64,000 nt of DNA, taken from Kofleriaceae bacterium. Its GTDB lineage: Bacteria; Myxococcota_A; Polyangia; Haliangiales; Haliangiaceae. Location: contig DASYDE010000107.1 in the NCBI GenBank assembly GCA_036499725.1, positions 22,095 to 86,094 on the forward strand. The letters run 5' to 3'. The position numbers and the translations under genes were made by a program. This document shows positions 1 to 8,669 of this stretch, one piece after another. The notes beneath the pieces are model-generated. The model saw only the letters and a list, made by a program, of their open reading frames with translations. It ran no database searches and was not told the origin of the DNA. Positions within the stretch are counted from its first letter, which is position 1. Each line of letters starts with the position of its first letter.

Positions 1-1
1 G

Positions 2-277
2 CTCCCCGCCGACGAGCGCAACCAGCTGTTCGATGTCATCCGTGGAGTCCCCGCCGACAGCGACGCACTCAAGGAGAAGTTCCCGACGGACAAAGACATC
101 ATCGCGGCGCTGCTCGCTGATCCGAGCGTGTCGCTGCGGTGTGTCGCTGCGCACCATGTCGTCGAGCGAAAGATGGTCGCGCTGCGCGACGAGCTCGTGC
201 GCCTGAAACCTGTCACCGCGTCGCCGCTCGTCACGAGCGCGTTCGAACAAGCTCTCGCGAGGTTGCCGCATGCCTGA
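2..277 (+). CDS. 3' end of an upstream CDS (hypothetical, last 91 aa; 5' end outside window)
   Basis: Frame 2 is open from the window edge to TGA 275-277 (LPADERNQLFDVIRGVP...AFEQALARLPHA*) with G/C-rich third positions. The stop overlaps the next ATG (ATGCCTGA). It is absent from the ORF track because it has no start. Confidence 0.5.
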   Translation, partial: LPADERNQLFDVIRGVPADSDALKEKFPTDKDIIAALLADPSVSLRCVAAHHVVERKMVALRDELVRLKPVTASPLVTSAFEQALARLPHA

Positions 278-1274
278 TTCAGTTCGTCTCCCACGCATGC
301 AAGAACGCGTTGCTGATCCCCATCGCCAATCGCCCGTGCAGCGCTTGCTCACGCTCCGCAAGTTCCCCGGACTCGCGGACGCTGATCTCGGCGAGCTCGC
401 GATCATCGCCGAGAACGTGGTCGAGCAGACGTTCCCTGCGGGTGCCATCGTGGCGAGCGCGGCCCGCCGCGTTCCCGGCGAGAAGCACCGCGCGCAGATG
501 ATGTCGCCGTCGGGGCCGGCCCTCTATCTCGTGACCAGCGGAAAGCTCATCAGTGCGTCTGGCAAGCACTGGGGACAGCACGAAGTCTGTGGCGCGCTCC
601 AAGCGATGGCCGGTCGACGTACCACCGAGGACATCCTCGCGGAGGTCGAGTCGACAACGCTCCGACTCACCGCCGCTGACTTCCGCGAGATCCTCGAGGA
701 TAACTTCGGGCTCCTCTCCGCCGTGCGACGTACCCTCGCGCGCGAGCTGCTCACTCTCTCGCTCAGGCCGCCGTCGCAGGACGAAACGAAGGTGCTGCTC
801 CCGGAGGTCACGACCGACTCTCCCCTCGGCATGGTCGAGCGCCTGATGGTCCTGCGGAAGCGCCTACCGTTTGGGAAAGGTCGCATCGAGGCACTCGCGG
901 CGCTGTCGCAGAGTGCCGACGAAATTCGCGTGCCCGCGCGCACCGATCTCGCGACGGCGGGCGAGCCAGTCACGGCGGTGACGATCATCCTCGAGGGGAC
1001 GGCGCAAGTGATCCGTCCCGACGGTCAGTTCGTGTTCGGGCCTGGCAGCTCCATCGGCGCGTTCGAATCGCTCGGCGAGGCTCCGCTGACCGCATCGGTC
1101 ACGACGCTCACCCCCGTCCGTGCCCTGAGGTTTCCGGTCACCGCGTTTCTCGACGTTCTCGAAGATCACACCGACCTCGCACTCGCGATGGTCGAGCGGC
1201 TCGCCACGACGCTGCTCGAGCAAGCACCGAACGCGTCGATGAACAGCCTCGTGGAGCGACCTCAGGTCAATTAA
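270..1274 (+). CDS. protein with two cyclic-nucleotide-binding-like (Crp-type effector) domains and no visible output domain
   Basis: 334-aa ORF. Two successive ~120-aa segments follow the cNMP-binding pattern (FPGLADADLGELAIIAENVVEQTFPAGAIV...LYLVTSGKL; IRVPARTDLATAGEPVTAVTIILEGTAQVIRPDG...GSSIGAFESL). Family call is by eye. ATG 297 is an alternative start. Confidence 0.55.
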   Translation: MPDSVRLPRMQERVADPHRQSPVQRLLTLRKFPGLADADLGELAIIAENVVEQTFPAGAIVASAARRVPGEKHRAQMMSPSGPALYLVTSGKLISASGKHWGQHEVCGALQAMAGRRTTEDILAEVESTTLRLTAADFREILEDNFGLLSAVRRTLARELLTLSLRPPSQDETKVLLPEVTTDSPLGMVERLMVLRKRLPFGKGRIEALAALSQSADEIRVPARTDLATAGEPVTAVTIILEGTAQVIRPDGQFVFGPGSSIGAFESLGEAPLTASVTTLTPVRALRFPVTAFLDVLEDHTDLALAMVERLATTLLEQAPNASMNSLVERPQVN

Positions 1275-2806
1275 TGCGCTCTCTACTCGTCGTCGCTTTG
1301 CTAGGCAGCGTTGCCTACGCGCAGGAAGCTCCGCCTGCGGACTCGCCTCCCGCGGAGGCCCCCGCGATCGCTCCTGCGGATGCGCTCCCCGCGTTGCCGC
1401 CCGAACAGCCCAAGGTCGAAGAGTTCGATCCGACCAAGCGTGAGGACCAGCCGTCCGATCCGAAGCCGACGGAGGCGAGCGGTGTCGCCGTCGACGAGCC
1501 TGTCACGGGCGAAGCAGGTCGCACCGTCGCGCGCATCGTCCTGTTTGTTCCACGCTGGACGTTCTGGGCCATCGCACAGCCATTCCGCGGTCTCGGATGG
1601 CTCTACGAGCACTACTCGCTACAGGACCGCGTGAAGGGCGTGCTGTTCAACTACGACGGCACCTACGGCGTCTATCCTGTCGGCCGCTACTCGTCGGACT
1701 ACGGGTTCGATCTCGGCCTGCGCTTCGTCCACTACAACCTCGCCGGCGAGCACGAGAAGATGCGCCTGCGCTTCGACTTCGGTGGCGAGTTCCAGCAGGC
1801 CTACGGCATGACGCTCACGAGCGGCACGCGGTTCGGCAAGAAGTTCAACGTCTCGATCGACTCGCTGTACGAGCGCCGCCCGGCCGATCGCTTCTTCGGC
1901 ATCGGTAACGCGAACGAAGCGAAGCCCCCGCCGACGACGCCGCTCGATCCGTCACTCGCGGATGTGGCGAGCAACTCGCGCTTCCAGCAGAACTGGTTCC
2001 ACACGGCGGTGAACTTCGAGTACAAGCCGATCCCGACGGTCGCGTTGCGCAGCAACAACGCGATTGCGCTTCGCAAGTTCTCGAACGCGGCCAATTCGGA
2101 TCCGTACGACCCGACGCAGCCCATGAGCACCGTCGACGACGGCATCGAGCAGCGCTTCGACACGAGCAAGCTCGTCGGCTACGACAGCGGCGTCAAGAAC
2201 CTCTACTTCGAGCTCGAAGCGATCTACGACACGCGGCGTCCGTCGAGCCGCTTCCAACCGCCCGTGTTCGAAACGACCGGCGTGTACGCATCGATCCACG
2301 GCGGACGCGCGGCGGGCATCGACGGTGACCCGACAGCGTTCTGGCGATACGGCGGTGAAGTGCAGAAGCTGTTCGACCTCTACCACGGCACGCGCGTGCT
2401 CACTCTCCGCGGCATGATCGATGCTGTCGCGGGTGGTGATGGCCGCACCGACAAGACGATCTCGTTCATCGATCTGCCGCGCCTCGGCGGCGTTGACTGG
2501 TTGCGCGGATACCCCGACGGCCGCTTCCGCGACAAGGCCGTGACGCTCGTGACGGCGGAGTACGGCTGGGACCTCGGCAACTTCGTGAGCTCGTATCTAT
2601 TCCTCGACGGTGGCCGCACGTGGAGCGGGCTCGAGAAGGTCGATCCCCAGAGCCTGCACTACGGCTTTGGCGGCGGCATCGAGCTGCATACCAACGACAG
2701 CTTTCTCATGCGTGGACAGCTCGCGTTCTCGCGCGAGGGTGACGTGTTTATCGAGCTCGCACTGCGCCCGGCGTTTGGTCGCCGCGAGCGCGCGGGGAGA
2801 TACTGA
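1274..2806 (+). CDS. Omp85/BamA-superfamily outer-membrane beta-barrel protein
   Basis: 510 aa. Signal peptide MRSLLVVALLGSVAYA|QE, then a Pro/Ala-rich linker. The C-terminal half carries surface-antigen-type motifs (LRGYPDGRF, AEYGWDL, FLDGGRTW, GFGGGIELH). TAATG overlap with the upstream stop. Confidence 0.75.
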   Translation: MRSLLVVALLGSVAYAQEAPPADSPPAEAPAIAPADALPALPPEQPKVEEFDPTKREDQPSDPKPTEASGVAVDEPVTGEAGRTVARIVLFVPRWTFWAIAQPFRGLGWLYEHYSLQDRVKGVLFNYDGTYGVYPVGRYSSDYGFDLGLRFVHYNLAGEHEKMRLRFDFGGEFQQAYGMTLTSGTRFGKKFNVSIDSLYERRPADRFFGIGNANEAKPPPTTPLDPSLADVASNSRFQQNWFHTAVNFEYKPIPTVALRSNNAIALRKFSNAANSDPYDPTQPMSTVDDGIEQRFDTSKLVGYDSGVKNLYFELEAIYDTRRPSSRFQPPVFETTGVYASIHGGRAAGIDGDPTAFWRYGGEVQKLFDLYHGTRVLTLRGMIDAVAGGDGRTDKTISFIDLPRLGGVDWLRGYPDGRFRDKAVTLVTAEYGWDLGNFVSSYLFLDGGRTWSGLEKVDPQSLHYGFGGGIELHTNDSFLMRGQLAFSREGDVFIELALRPAFGRRERAGRY

Positions 2807-4461
2807 TGAAGAAGCTCCTTCTACTCGCGCTGCTCGTAGCGTGCTCTTCGAGACCCGACGGCGCTGGCACGCTGCGCTTCAAGATCGCACCGCCCGTGTG
2901 GCGCGTCGCCGATCGCGAGCCGCTCGATCACGCTCCGGGCGAGCGCGATTACAACCGCACGCTCTATCACATCGATGGCTACGCCGTTCGCCGCGCGACT
3001 CGTGCGATGGACGTGCAGACGCCGACGCGCGCGAAGGACGTGAACTCGTTCGACGAGGTGCCGGACTCGACGTGGTTCACGAACCGCATCGGCGTCCGCG
3101 ACATCTCCATCGACGAGCTGAAGCGCGGAGCGAACCTCGACCCCTCGCCGATCACGCACCTTCCGTGGACGATCACGGGCGCGAAGGTCGGCGGCACCTC
3201 GATCGGCTTCATCTTCGAGGACACGACCGGGCAGAAGTTCCTGCTCAAGTTCGACGTGCCCGAGCGTCCCGAGATGGAGACGGGCGCCCACGCGATCGGT
3301 CACCGTCTGGTATGGGCCGCCGGCTACAACGTTCCGGAGGACTACGTCGAGTACATCGACCGCAAGGATCTCGTCATCGGATCCAAGGCGAGCAAGAAGG
3401 ACGTGTTCGGCAACAAGGAGCCGCTCACAGAAGCGGAGCTCGACGCGGCGCTGAAGAAGGTCTACGTCCGCGAGGACGGAAAGATCCGCGTGCTCGCGAG
3501 CCGATTCCTGCCCGGCGTTCCGATCGGCCCGTACGCGCGCGAAGGCACCCGCAAGGACGACAAGAACGACACGATTCCGCATCAGTTCCGTCGCAGCGTG
3601 CGCGGTCAGGTCCCGCTGTTCTCCGTGATGAACCACACGGACATGCAGGAGGACAACACGCTCGACGCGTTCGTCGCGTACAAGGGTCCCGACGGAAAGC
3701 CGGGCAAGGCGGGCCATGTCGTTCACTACATGATCGACTTCGGCAAAGCGTTCGGCGTGATGGGATGGGGCCTGCACTGGAAGACAGTCGGCTACACGTA
3801 CCGCGTCGATATCGCCAAGGCGCTCTCGTCGCTGCTCACGCTCGGCCTGCGTCCACGCGAGTGGGACGCGGTGTCCTCGCCGCCGTACCTGGGCCTCGGT
3901 CTCTACGAGTCGGAGCACTACGATCCCGAGACGTGGCGGCCGAACAGCTTGTACTGGCCGTACGAGGACATCGACAACGTCGACGGCTACTGGGGCGCGA
4001 AGATCACGATGCGCTTCACGCCGGAGCAGATCGAAGCGGTTGTCGGCGAAGCAAAGTTCTCGGACCCGCGGACGGCCCGGTACATGGCGGACACGATCAT
4101 CGCTCGCCAGCGCAAGACGGGGAAGTACTGGTTCCGCCAGTCATCGCCGCTCGACACGTTCTCGGTTCAGGGCACACACCTCTGCTTCGACGACCTCGCG
4201 GTGCACTACCAACTCGAGCAGACCGCGGGCAGCCGCTACAGCATCGAAGTGTTCGACGGCGCGGGTAAGCAACTCTCGGCCGCGCGCACGCTCCAGGGTC
4301 AGGAGCACTCGTGCGTCGAGGTGCCCACGGGCGCGACAGCGGACGCGTATACGATCGTGCGGCTCGCCGTGCAGCGCAATGGCAACGTGATCGCGCCGGT
4401 GCTCGTGCATCTCGCGAAGACCAATGGCGCGCTCGGCGTCATCGGCATTCGCCGCCTCTGA
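2806..4461 (+). CDS. exported lipoprotein with protein/lipid-kinase-like (PI3/PI4-kinase-like) catalytic motifs
   Basis: 551 aa. Lipobox LLALLVAC|SS. Ordered kinase-like motifs: GAKVGGTSIGFIFEDTTGQKFLLKFD (Gly loop plus Lys), MNHTDMQEDN (HxDxxxxN) and HYMIDFGKAFG (DFG-type). TGATG overlap with the Omp85 gene. The CDS is solid; the function is inference. Confidence 0.7.
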   Translation: MKKLLLLALLVACSSRPDGAGTLRFKIAPPVWRVADREPLDHAPGERDYNRTLYHIDGYAVRRATRAMDVQTPTRAKDVNSFDEVPDSTWFTNRIGVRDISIDELKRGANLDPSPITHLPWTITGAKVGGTSIGFIFEDTTGQKFLLKFDVPERPEMETGAHAIGHRLVWAAGYNVPEDYVEYIDRKDLVIGSKASKKDVFGNKEPLTEAELDAALKKVYVREDGKIRVLASRFLPGVPIGPYAREGTRKDDKNDTIPHQFRRSVRGQVPLFSVMNHTDMQEDNTLDAFVAYKGPDGKPGKAGHVVHYMIDFGKAFGVMGWGLHWKTVGYTYRVDIAKALSSLLTLGLRPREWDAVSSPPYLGLGLYESEHYDPETWRPNSLYWPYEDIDNVDGYWGAKITMRFTPEQIEAVVGEAKFSDPRTARYMADTIIARQRKTGKYWFRQSSPLDTFSVQGTHLCFDDLAVHYQLEQTAGSRYSIEVFDGAGKQLSAARTLQGQEHSCVEVPTGATADAYTIVRLAVQRNGNVIAPVLVHLAKTNGALGVIGIRRL

Positions 4462-4474
4462 TCGAAGAGCTTGC

Positions 4475-5398
4475 TCAGAACTTGAACGCGACACCGACGG
4501 TCGCACTCGTGGACGTGACGCTCGGCGTGAACATGATCTCGCGCGCCTTGTGATCCTGGTAGCGGTGCTCTTGGTACTTGTAGAACAGCATCGAGCTCAC
4601 CGTGCCGAGCACCGCGCCCGCAGCGACGTCGGTGAGGTTGTGGCGATCGTGAAGAATGCGCTCCGCGCCGACGGCGCTCGCGGCGAGCGTGATGCCCGTG
4701 TACGAGAGCAGCTCGGGCGCGCTGAGGAAGTGGTCGCCGCGCGTCTTGTTGAACACGTGTCCGTGCAGATACATGATCGAATACGACGCGATCGCGAACG
4801 CCTGCGTCGTGTGGCCGGACGGGAACGAGCTGCGCTCGCTGGGGGTGTCGTTCGTGGGCGACCAATCGGGGCGGTGCCGCGCGAACGTGTCCTTGATGAT
4901 ACCCGTCATCAACGCGCCCGACATGAGCGACTCCGCGAGTCCCTTTGCGTGATAGCTGCCGCCTTCTGCACCACTGGCAAGCATGCCGAGCGCGACGGCG
5001 CCGCCGGCCGCGGTGACGGACCAACCGGGCACTTCCCACGAAGAGCGCGCCGCTCCACCTTCGCTCGACGAGAACATCAGCGGCGTGGTACCGGGCGAGA
5101 CGTAGTGATCGAGTGCGAGGCGACCGAGCATCGGTGCCCAGAAGAACGGGATCATGCCGCCGTCCCAGAGGTACGAGAGCTTGAGGTGCTCGCCTTCGAT
5201 GCCGGTGCCGAGCGTCGGCCCACCGAAGTTCAACGCGGGCGAGCCCGATGGATCACCGCTTTGCGTCGACGGATCACCGATTGATGTGGAAGGCGTCGAC
5301 GCAGAGTTGCCGTCAAACGCGAGGGACGTCGGCACCGACTGCGCGAGCGCGACAGAAGGGATCGACGCGATGCATGCGGCAACGATGTACAGCTTCAT
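4475..5398 (-). CDS. PAP2-superfamily (type 2 phosphatidic-acid-phosphatase-like) phosphatase, secreted or membrane
   Basis: All three PAP2 motifs are present: KDTFARHRPD, SFPSGHT and AERILHDRHNLTDV. Start set at ATG 5398 to give signal peptide MKLYIVAACIASIPSVALA; the track start 5422 is also possible. The protein ends in ...VGVAFKF. Confidence 0.85.
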   Translation of the reverse strand: MKLYIVAACIASIPSVALAQSVPTSLAFDGNSASTPSTSIGDPSTQSGDPSGSPALNFGGPTLGTGIEGEHLKLSYLWDGGMIPFFWAPMLGRLALDHYVSPGTTPLMFSSSEGGAARSSWEVPGWSVTAAGGAVALGMLASGAEGGSYHAKGLAESLMSGALMTGIIKDTFARHRPDWSPTNDTPSERSSFPSGHTTQAFAIASYSIMYLHGHVFNKTRGDHFLSAPELLSYTGITLAASAVGAERILHDRHNLTDVAAGAVLGTVSSMLFYKYQEHRYQDHKAREIMFTPSVTSTSATVGVAFKF

Positions 5399-5534
5399 TT
5401 TCACCACCGTGAAAAACGACACGGTCGGAGATAGCGCTGTTGCAAAAAAACGGCATGAACAACACGGGCTTGTCCTCTGGGAATTTCTTGTCTGACCCTG
5501 GCCACGATGTAGGCTTCGTGTTCTCTGGTGACCC

Positions 5535-6434
5535 GTGACCTCTGACGTTCCTCCGCAACGCGGCGTGATGCTCGCGTGCCTGGCGTGCGTCTATGTCGTG
5601 TGGGGCTCGACGTATTTGGCGATGCAGCTCACCGTCGTCGAGGTTGGGCCGCTACTCGCGAGCGGCGTCCGATTCCTCGTCGCGGGTAGTGCCCTCTACC
5701 TGATCGGGCGGGGGAAAGCGAAGGTCCGCCCGACCTGGCGCGACTGGCTCAGCGTGGTGCCCGTGGGCTTGTCGCTGTTCTTGTGTGGCAACGGCTTCAT
5801 CGGGATCGCGGTCGAAACATCCGGCTCCGGCACGATCCCGTCGGGTACGACGGCCGTCGTCGCGGCGATGATGCCGTTGTGGATTGGTGTGCTAGGCGTC
5901 CTGTTCGGCCTCAGGCCAACGCGCCGCGAGCTGCTCGCACTCGTCATCGGCTTCGCCGGAATTCTGGTTCTCGCGCGCGGTCCGTCGCTCAAGGGCGACC
6001 CGGTGCACGTCGTGCTGCTGCTGCTCTCGCCGATGCTGTGGGCATTTGGCTCGCTGCTCACGCGGCGGCTGAAGTTCGAGGCAGCAAGAGATCCGATGAC
6101 GCTGCCCGCGATGCAGCTGATCACGGGCGGCGTCGTGATGCTCATCGCAGCACCGCTCCACGGCGAGCACATTCCAACGCACGTCAGCGGTCAGGTGTGG
6201 CTCTCGTTCTCGTACCTGGTGCTGATCGGGTCGCTGTTAACGTTCACGGCGTACTCGTGGTTGTTGCGCAACACGCGACCGATCGTCGCGACGAGCTACG
6301 CGTTCGTGAACCCGACCATCGCGGTGCTCCTCGGAGCGGGGATCCACGGTGAGAAGCTCGGGATCAAACTTCTGATCGCGAATGCGATGATGGTCATCGC
6401 GATCTATCTCGCTGTCACGAAACGCAAGGCATGA
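5535..6434 (+). CDS. EamA/DMT-family transporter
   Basis: 299 aa with about 10 hydrophobic segments and the two-EamA-repeat architecture. Tandem paralog of the next gene. Confidence 0.85.
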   Translation: MTSDVPPQRGVMLACLACVYVVWGSTYLAMQLTVVEVGPLLASGVRFLVAGSALYLIGRGKAKVRPTWRDWLSVVPVGLSLFLCGNGFIGIAVETSGSGTIPSGTTAVVAAMMPLWIGVLGVLFGLRPTRRELLALVIGFAGILVLARGPSLKGDPVHVVLLLLSPMLWAFGSLLTRRLKFEAARDPMTLPAMQLITGGVVMLIAAPLHGEHIPTHVSGQVWLSFSYLVLIGSLLTFTAYSWLLRNTRPIVATSYAFVNPTIAVLLGAGIHGEKLGIKLLIANAMMVIAIYLAVTKRKA

Positions 6435-7327
6435 GCAGCGACGCTCCTCCGCGCGGGCTGTTGGTCGCATGCCTCGCGTGCGTCTACATCGTATGGGGCT
6501 CCGTCTACCTCGCGATGCAGGTCGCGATCGAGGACATGGGGCCGCTCACCATGGGTGGACTGCGCTTCCTGCTCGCTGGCGTCATTCTCTATGCGATCGC
6601 GACGCGCAAGACGAAGGTCCGTCCAACGCTGCGTGACTGGCGGAGCGTGCTGCCCATCGGCGTGACGCTCTTCCTCGGCGGCAACGGGTTCATCGCCATC
6701 GCCGTCGAGAAGACCGCGCGCGGCACCATTCCATCGGGAACCGTCGGTGTTGTCGCGGCGATGGAGTCACTGTGGATCGCGATCCTCGGCGTGTTCTTCG
6801 GGGTGCGTCCAACGCGCCGCGAGATCTTGGCGCTCGTCAGCGGCTTCATCGGGATCGTGATCCTCACGCGCGGACCGGCCACGGGCGGCGATCCGATGCA
6901 CTTCGTGATTCTCTTGCTGTCGCCCGTGCTGTGGGCCGTTGGTTCGCTGCTCGCTCGCTCGTTGAAGTCGCAGGTCGCGAACGATCCACTGCTGCTGCCC
7001 GCGATGCAGATGATCGTTGGCGGCATCGTGATGCTGATCGTCGCGCCGCTCCATGGCGAGCATCTCCCGACCCACGTGGGTCTGTGGCCCGCGCTCGCGT
7101 TCACGTACTGCGTGATCTTCGGGTCGCTCGTCACGTTCACCGCGTACTCGTGGCTCTTGCGCAATACGCGGCCCCTGATCGCGACGAGCTACGCGTTCGT
7201 GAACCCGACGATCGCGGTGCTGCTGGGCGCGGCCATCCACGGCGAGGCGCTCGGCGTCAATGTGTTGATCGCGAATGCGATGATGGTGATCGCGATCTGG
7301 CTCGCCATCTCACGTCCCAGGCCGTGA
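6431..7327 (+). CDS. EamA/DMT-family transporter (tandem paralog)
   Basis: 298 aa, colinear with the upstream gene (shared LACLACVY.VWGS.YLAMQ, GNGFI.IAVE, TSYAFVNPTIAVLLGA.IHGE, LIANAMMVIAI). ATGA overlap at 6431-6434. Confidence 0.85.
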   Translation: MSSDAPPRGLLVACLACVYIVWGSVYLAMQVAIEDMGPLTMGGLRFLLAGVILYAIATRKTKVRPTLRDWRSVLPIGVTLFLGGNGFIAIAVEKTARGTIPSGTVGVVAAMESLWIAILGVFFGVRPTRREILALVSGFIGIVILTRGPATGGDPMHFVILLLSPVLWAVGSLLARSLKSQVANDPLLLPAMQMIVGGIVMLIVAPLHGEHLPTHVGLWPALAFTYCVIFGSLVTFTAYSWLLRNTRPLIATSYAFVNPTIAVLLGAAIHGEALGVNVLIANAMMVIAIWLAISRPRP

Positions 7328-7374
7328 GAAACGCCCCAAACTGGCGCGGTTACCGCGGTTTCGCTACGCTTTAG

Positions 7375-8565
7375 TTGATGTTCCGCCGCCTGATCTGGCC
7401 GTTGTTCGCTGCGTCGCTCGCCGCGTCCGTGGCCGCTTGCGGTGGTGGTACCGCCGAGAAGAAACCCGTCGTCACCAAGTCCAAGAAGGCCGAGCGCAAG
7501 CAACTGCTCGCAAAGGCCCGAAACGAGGCCAAGGACGGCAACGTCGACGACGCAGACGAGGCGTACGAGCAGGCCTACGAGGTCGACAAGGACTTCGACA
7601 CTCTCGAGGAACGCGTCGACTTCCTCACCCATGCCGGCAAGGCGACGAAGGCGCAAGAGGTCGCGAAGGCCTACTACGATGACCACGCGACCGATGCGAA
7701 GGGCTACGCCCTCTACGCGGATGCGCTGCTCGCAGGGAACAAGGGCGCCGAGGCGCTCGAGGTCGCCGAGTCGCTGGTCTCCCTCGACGCGGATGACCCC
7801 GCCGGCCACGAGAAGAAGGGCCTCGCGCTCCTCATGCTCGACAAGTCCGAGGAGGGCATCGACGAGCTCAAGAAGGCGGTCCAGCTCGACTCCAAGGAAG
7901 CCGAGTACCACCTCTCCCTCGGCGCGGCGCTCCAGAAGCTCGGCCAGGTGAACGACGCGGCGCTGGAGTTCCGCGCTGCGCTCAAGGCATCCCCCGACGA
8001 GCCACAGGCCCACGTCGCGCTCGGCGCCGCGCTGCGCGATCAAGGCGAGCTCGAGGAGTCGATGGACCAGCTGCAAAAAGCTCTCAAGCTCGACCCCGAC
8101 AACGGTCGCGCCTACTTCGAGCTCGGCCTCCTCTACAACAAGCAGGGGAAGGCGCCCGACGCCGAGTCCGCGCTCGCCAAGGCCGTGCAGAAGTCGCCGA
8201 ACGAATCGCTGTTCTGGTACGCGTACGGCGAAATCTTCCGCCTCCAGGCGCGCACCGACGAGGCGCTGAACGCGTATCAGAAGGCCGTCGATCTGGATCC
8301 GCCGTATCCAAAGGCAATCGCGAAGCTCGGGCTGCTGCTGATCGAGCGAAAGCAGTACGACGACGCCGAGCGCTTTCTCATCCAGTCGATCCGCCGCGAC
8401 GCGAAGAACCCGTCGAACTATCTGAACCTCGGCGCGGTCTACGCGGCGAAGAAGAAGAACAAGCTCGCGATCGACAACTTCGAGAAGTTCCTCGAGCTCG
8501 CCCCGAAGAACGACCCGGACCGGGCGCGCGCCAAAGACGCGATCCAGGAATTGAAGCACCGCTAG
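7375..8565 (+). CDS. TPR-repeat lipoprotein
   Basis: 396 aa. Lipobox LAASVAAC|GGG. Repeated 34-aa TPR-like units (A..YQKAVDLDP, AYFELGLLYNKQGK, LGAVYAAKKK). Confidence 0.85.
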   Translation: MMFRRLIWPLFAASLAASVAACGGGTAEKKPVVTKSKKAERKQLLAKARNEAKDGNVDDADEAYEQAYEVDKDFDTLEERVDFLTHAGKATKAQEVAKAYYDDHATDAKGYALYADALLAGNKGAEALEVAESLVSLDADDPAGHEKKGLALLMLDKSEEGIDELKKAVQLDSKEAEYHLSLGAALQKLGQVNDAALEFRAALKASPDEPQAHVALGAALRDQGELEESMDQLQKALKLDPDNGRAYFELGLLYNKQGKAPDAESALAKAVQKSPNESLFWYAYGEIFRLQARTDEALNAYQKAVDLDPPYPKAIAKLGLLLIERKQYDDAERFLIQSIRRDAKNPSNYLNLGAVYAAKKKNKLAIDNFEKFLELAPKNDPDRARAKDAIQELKHR

Positions 8566-8580
8566 GCACCTGTATCTATT

Positions 8581-8669
8581 GGATGTTCTTGGTTACTCCA
8601 GACATCCATCCGCTATCGTTGACACTTCATCCGCTGGAGCGTAGATCTTATATCCGTTATGACGGATGT
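8581..8669 (+). promoter_or_regulatory. cysH leader with repeated CATCCG(C/T)T / GGATG motifs and a 16-bp palindrome centred on the start codon
   Basis: A locally AT-richer 93-nt intergenic region. GGATG at 8581. CATCCGCT at 8607-8614 and 8628-8635, 21 bp apart. Perfect palindrome ATCCGT-TATG-ACGGAT at 8652-8667, whose centre contains the cysH ATG (8659). Confidence 0.4.

Noticed and set aside
2610-4268. 552-aa plus-strand ORF overlapping the 2806-4461 lipoprotein gene. It represents a class of long shadow ORFs in this window, including 2821-3918(-), 7189-8559(-), 12645-14021(-), 29042-30364(+), 31413-32792(+), 38279-39496(+), 45069-46826(+), 48089-49372(+), 50034-51398(+), 55962-57290(+) and 57841-58893(+).
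   Set aside because: The translations are dominated by Arg/Ala/Gly/Pro/Asp, as expected for off-frame or antisense reads of high-GC coding DNA. In every case the competing frame has signal peptides, TM segments or recognisable catalytic motifs.
8566-8658. Riboswitch upstream of cysH
   Set aside because: The region is only 93 nt, and I see no multi-helix junction typical of SAM or other sulfur-related riboswitch classes. The repeats look more like protein-binding sites.
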